This document shows positions 61,946 through 64,000 of a DNA stretch of 64,000 nucleotides, piece by piece. How positions within the stretch are numbered: the first letter of the stretch is position 1; each line of letters starts with the position of its first letter. Origin of the DNA: Pecten maximus (taxonomy: Eukaryota); the NCBI RefSeq assembly GCF_902652985.1, contig NC_047019.1, positions 17,794,001 to 17,858,000 on the forward strand, written 5' to 3'. Below the pieces are notes generated by a model. The model saw only the letters and a program-made list of their open reading frames with translations. It was not told where the DNA came from and made no database searches. Made by a program: the position numbers and the translations under genes.

Positions 61946-63956
61946 AGACACCATGTCTACTCCAGTTCTATAATCAGACTACATCATATAGGTATATATA
62001 TATTAATACTTTGATGCTTTTAATATAATTTACATATAAATAAATACAAAATGTAGATTATTACAAATTATTTTTGTTTTGTTAATATTACTATTAACAT
62101 TTGTTTAGTCTACTAGGAATATTTATTTTATTGTTAATACATGGTAATAATGCATACATGTTAAATTTATATTTATTATCAGGTTTCTATGAAAGTTAAT
62201 TGCTCATTATTTCATATATTATTAAGGAGTAAGTAAATCGTATTTCATTTTAATAAGGAATTGGAAATTATTTCAATTAGAATATGTATTACAGTAAATG
62301 TACAAATGTACATATATCATGACTGTAAAGGAAGTTTAGATAATGTATCTATATTATGTTATTGATTATTCAAAATATTGAAAGTTTACAGTATTTAATG
62401 AATTATGTTTTTTTAATAAAACATTCTCTACATATATGTACTCAGTTCAGGCAAGTAATTATCAAATAAACATAATCATTTTAGTTTATATAGGTTATAT
62501 ATTTAAATGTATCATTAGAAAAATATACATTTACATCTGTTCATATTTACCAACATTAACTGGTTAAATTAATGTTCTGACATAATGTACACACAGGTAT
62601 GTAGTTCTGGACTACCCGTAATGAATGACAGTATCTGTTTAATTGCTATTATTATTGGTCATGCATGACTGACTCTGGCCTGACACACCTGAGAACTGTG
62701 CCAGGTGAGTTTTAGGAGCCAGCTACAGGTACTGTCCTGGGTTCACAGAAATATCTATGTCAATTTTGTTGAAGCTGTGCAAAGCAGGGTGTGTTATACC
62801 CTCAGGCCAATTAACAGAACAGTAAGATTATCTCCTGACTTGAAGGAAAGGATTGTAGATCTCCATCTGAGAGGCCTTAATTAGACCAAAATTACATGTA
62901 TAAACGAAATACCAGTGTAATTAAGGTGGAAATGTCAAGATAAGCTGTAAAACCATTAACAAATTGGTTAACAGGTTTAAGAAGACCAACTATTGAAATG
63001 AAGTCATTCTATACTGAAATAAGAAAGTAAAAATAAGCTGTTTCATATTACATTTTAACCTGTCGACTAAACCGTAAGTCATTGAGACCAAACGTATTTG
63101 CCGGTTTATGGAGGTGTCCGGTATGTAGAGGTACAATGTTGAGTGATATATATATAAGTTCAGAAAAATTAATGCAAATCAAATTAAGAAATGATGTAGT
63201 TCTTGTCTTGTTATATTAAAAAAAAAAGACATTGCTTTAAAAATTAATTGTAAAGAAAGAGATTAAACAAAATAAAAAAAATCAGTGTAATTCCAAATGG
63301 TATAATAAATGTAAATTCACCATTTCCAAGAACCAACCTACAGCCTTATACCCATAATTAGTTCACATTGTTCACGTCCAGGAAATAAGATTATAGAGCC
63401 TGAGGTACAATTTGCCTCAGGGCAGTTGGACACAGCAACCTATGTACCATTTACCTGTAAAACTCATGACCTGTTGGAACTACATCGTTTTCTATTCCCA
63501 TTCAGTCAATATCTATCATAATATGTGTCACTCATACATTTTGAATTGAAATGACCTGCCAAACATTTTACATAACAGATACAGGTCATGAATGTACAAT
63601 GGTTGTTCAAGTTAAATGTTCAAACTTAAAAAAAAATGACATAAGGCCAGCAGCAGTTGGTGTATGGAATGTTTGATAAGAATTTACTTAACTCAATCTA
63701 TGTTGATTTACATATTGCCTTCTTATACTCTATACATAATTCCATTATAATATCAAAGACATAAAGTAATAGTACCAGTTTGAAATAAAATGTTTTTTTT
63801 TCCAAATATTATTTTATAATAATGACTTATAACTGTTGTAAAAATACTGTAATAGGCCGGAATGGACAATCATATCATTTCAAAAGTGTCAGATATAGAC
63901 AGTCACAAGTCTGTACCTATATTCTATATGAGTTCTATATGACCTTGGTATAGATC

Positions 63957-64000
63957 AGCCTGAGTTTCCTTTAGCCCTGACACCATACCAGGCATGTATG
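63957..64000. mobile_element. End of the same small TIR element family as 9232-9305
   Basis: AGCCTGAGTTTCCTTTAGCCCTGACACCAT matches the reverse complement of the right arm of the 9232-9305 element with 2 mismatches. Confidence 0.6.

Overview
Animal genomic DNA: AT-rich, with GT-AG spliceosomal introns and one N gap. It is probably from a bivalve mollusc, inferred from the SGCLNLDSG-type arginine kinase and the repeat families. Genes reconstructed by hand: (1) two tandem ODF3/CIMAP1 (SHIPPO-repeat) paralogues on the minus strand, each with an uninterrupted coding region; (2) a complete 6-exon arginine kinase (364 aa) on the plus strand, head-to-head with them; (3) a 13-exon USP16/45-like deubiquitinase (~554 aa) that starts with a transmembrane anchor instead of a ZnF-UBP; (4) a DZIP3-like HEPN-domain gene with one apparent +1 frameshift. 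The rest is minisatellites (26, 40, 45, 49, 63 and ~81 bp units), MITEs, a Helentron-associated (HINE-type) element and SINE/LINE remnants. The most notable non-coding signal is a 45-bp tandem array in the last arginine kinase intron carrying 15 perfect RFX X-box motifs. X-box or X-box-like sites also lie upstream of both axonemal genes, suggesting a co-regulated cilium/sperm-flagellum locus. All gene models are manual and need RNA-seq confirmation.
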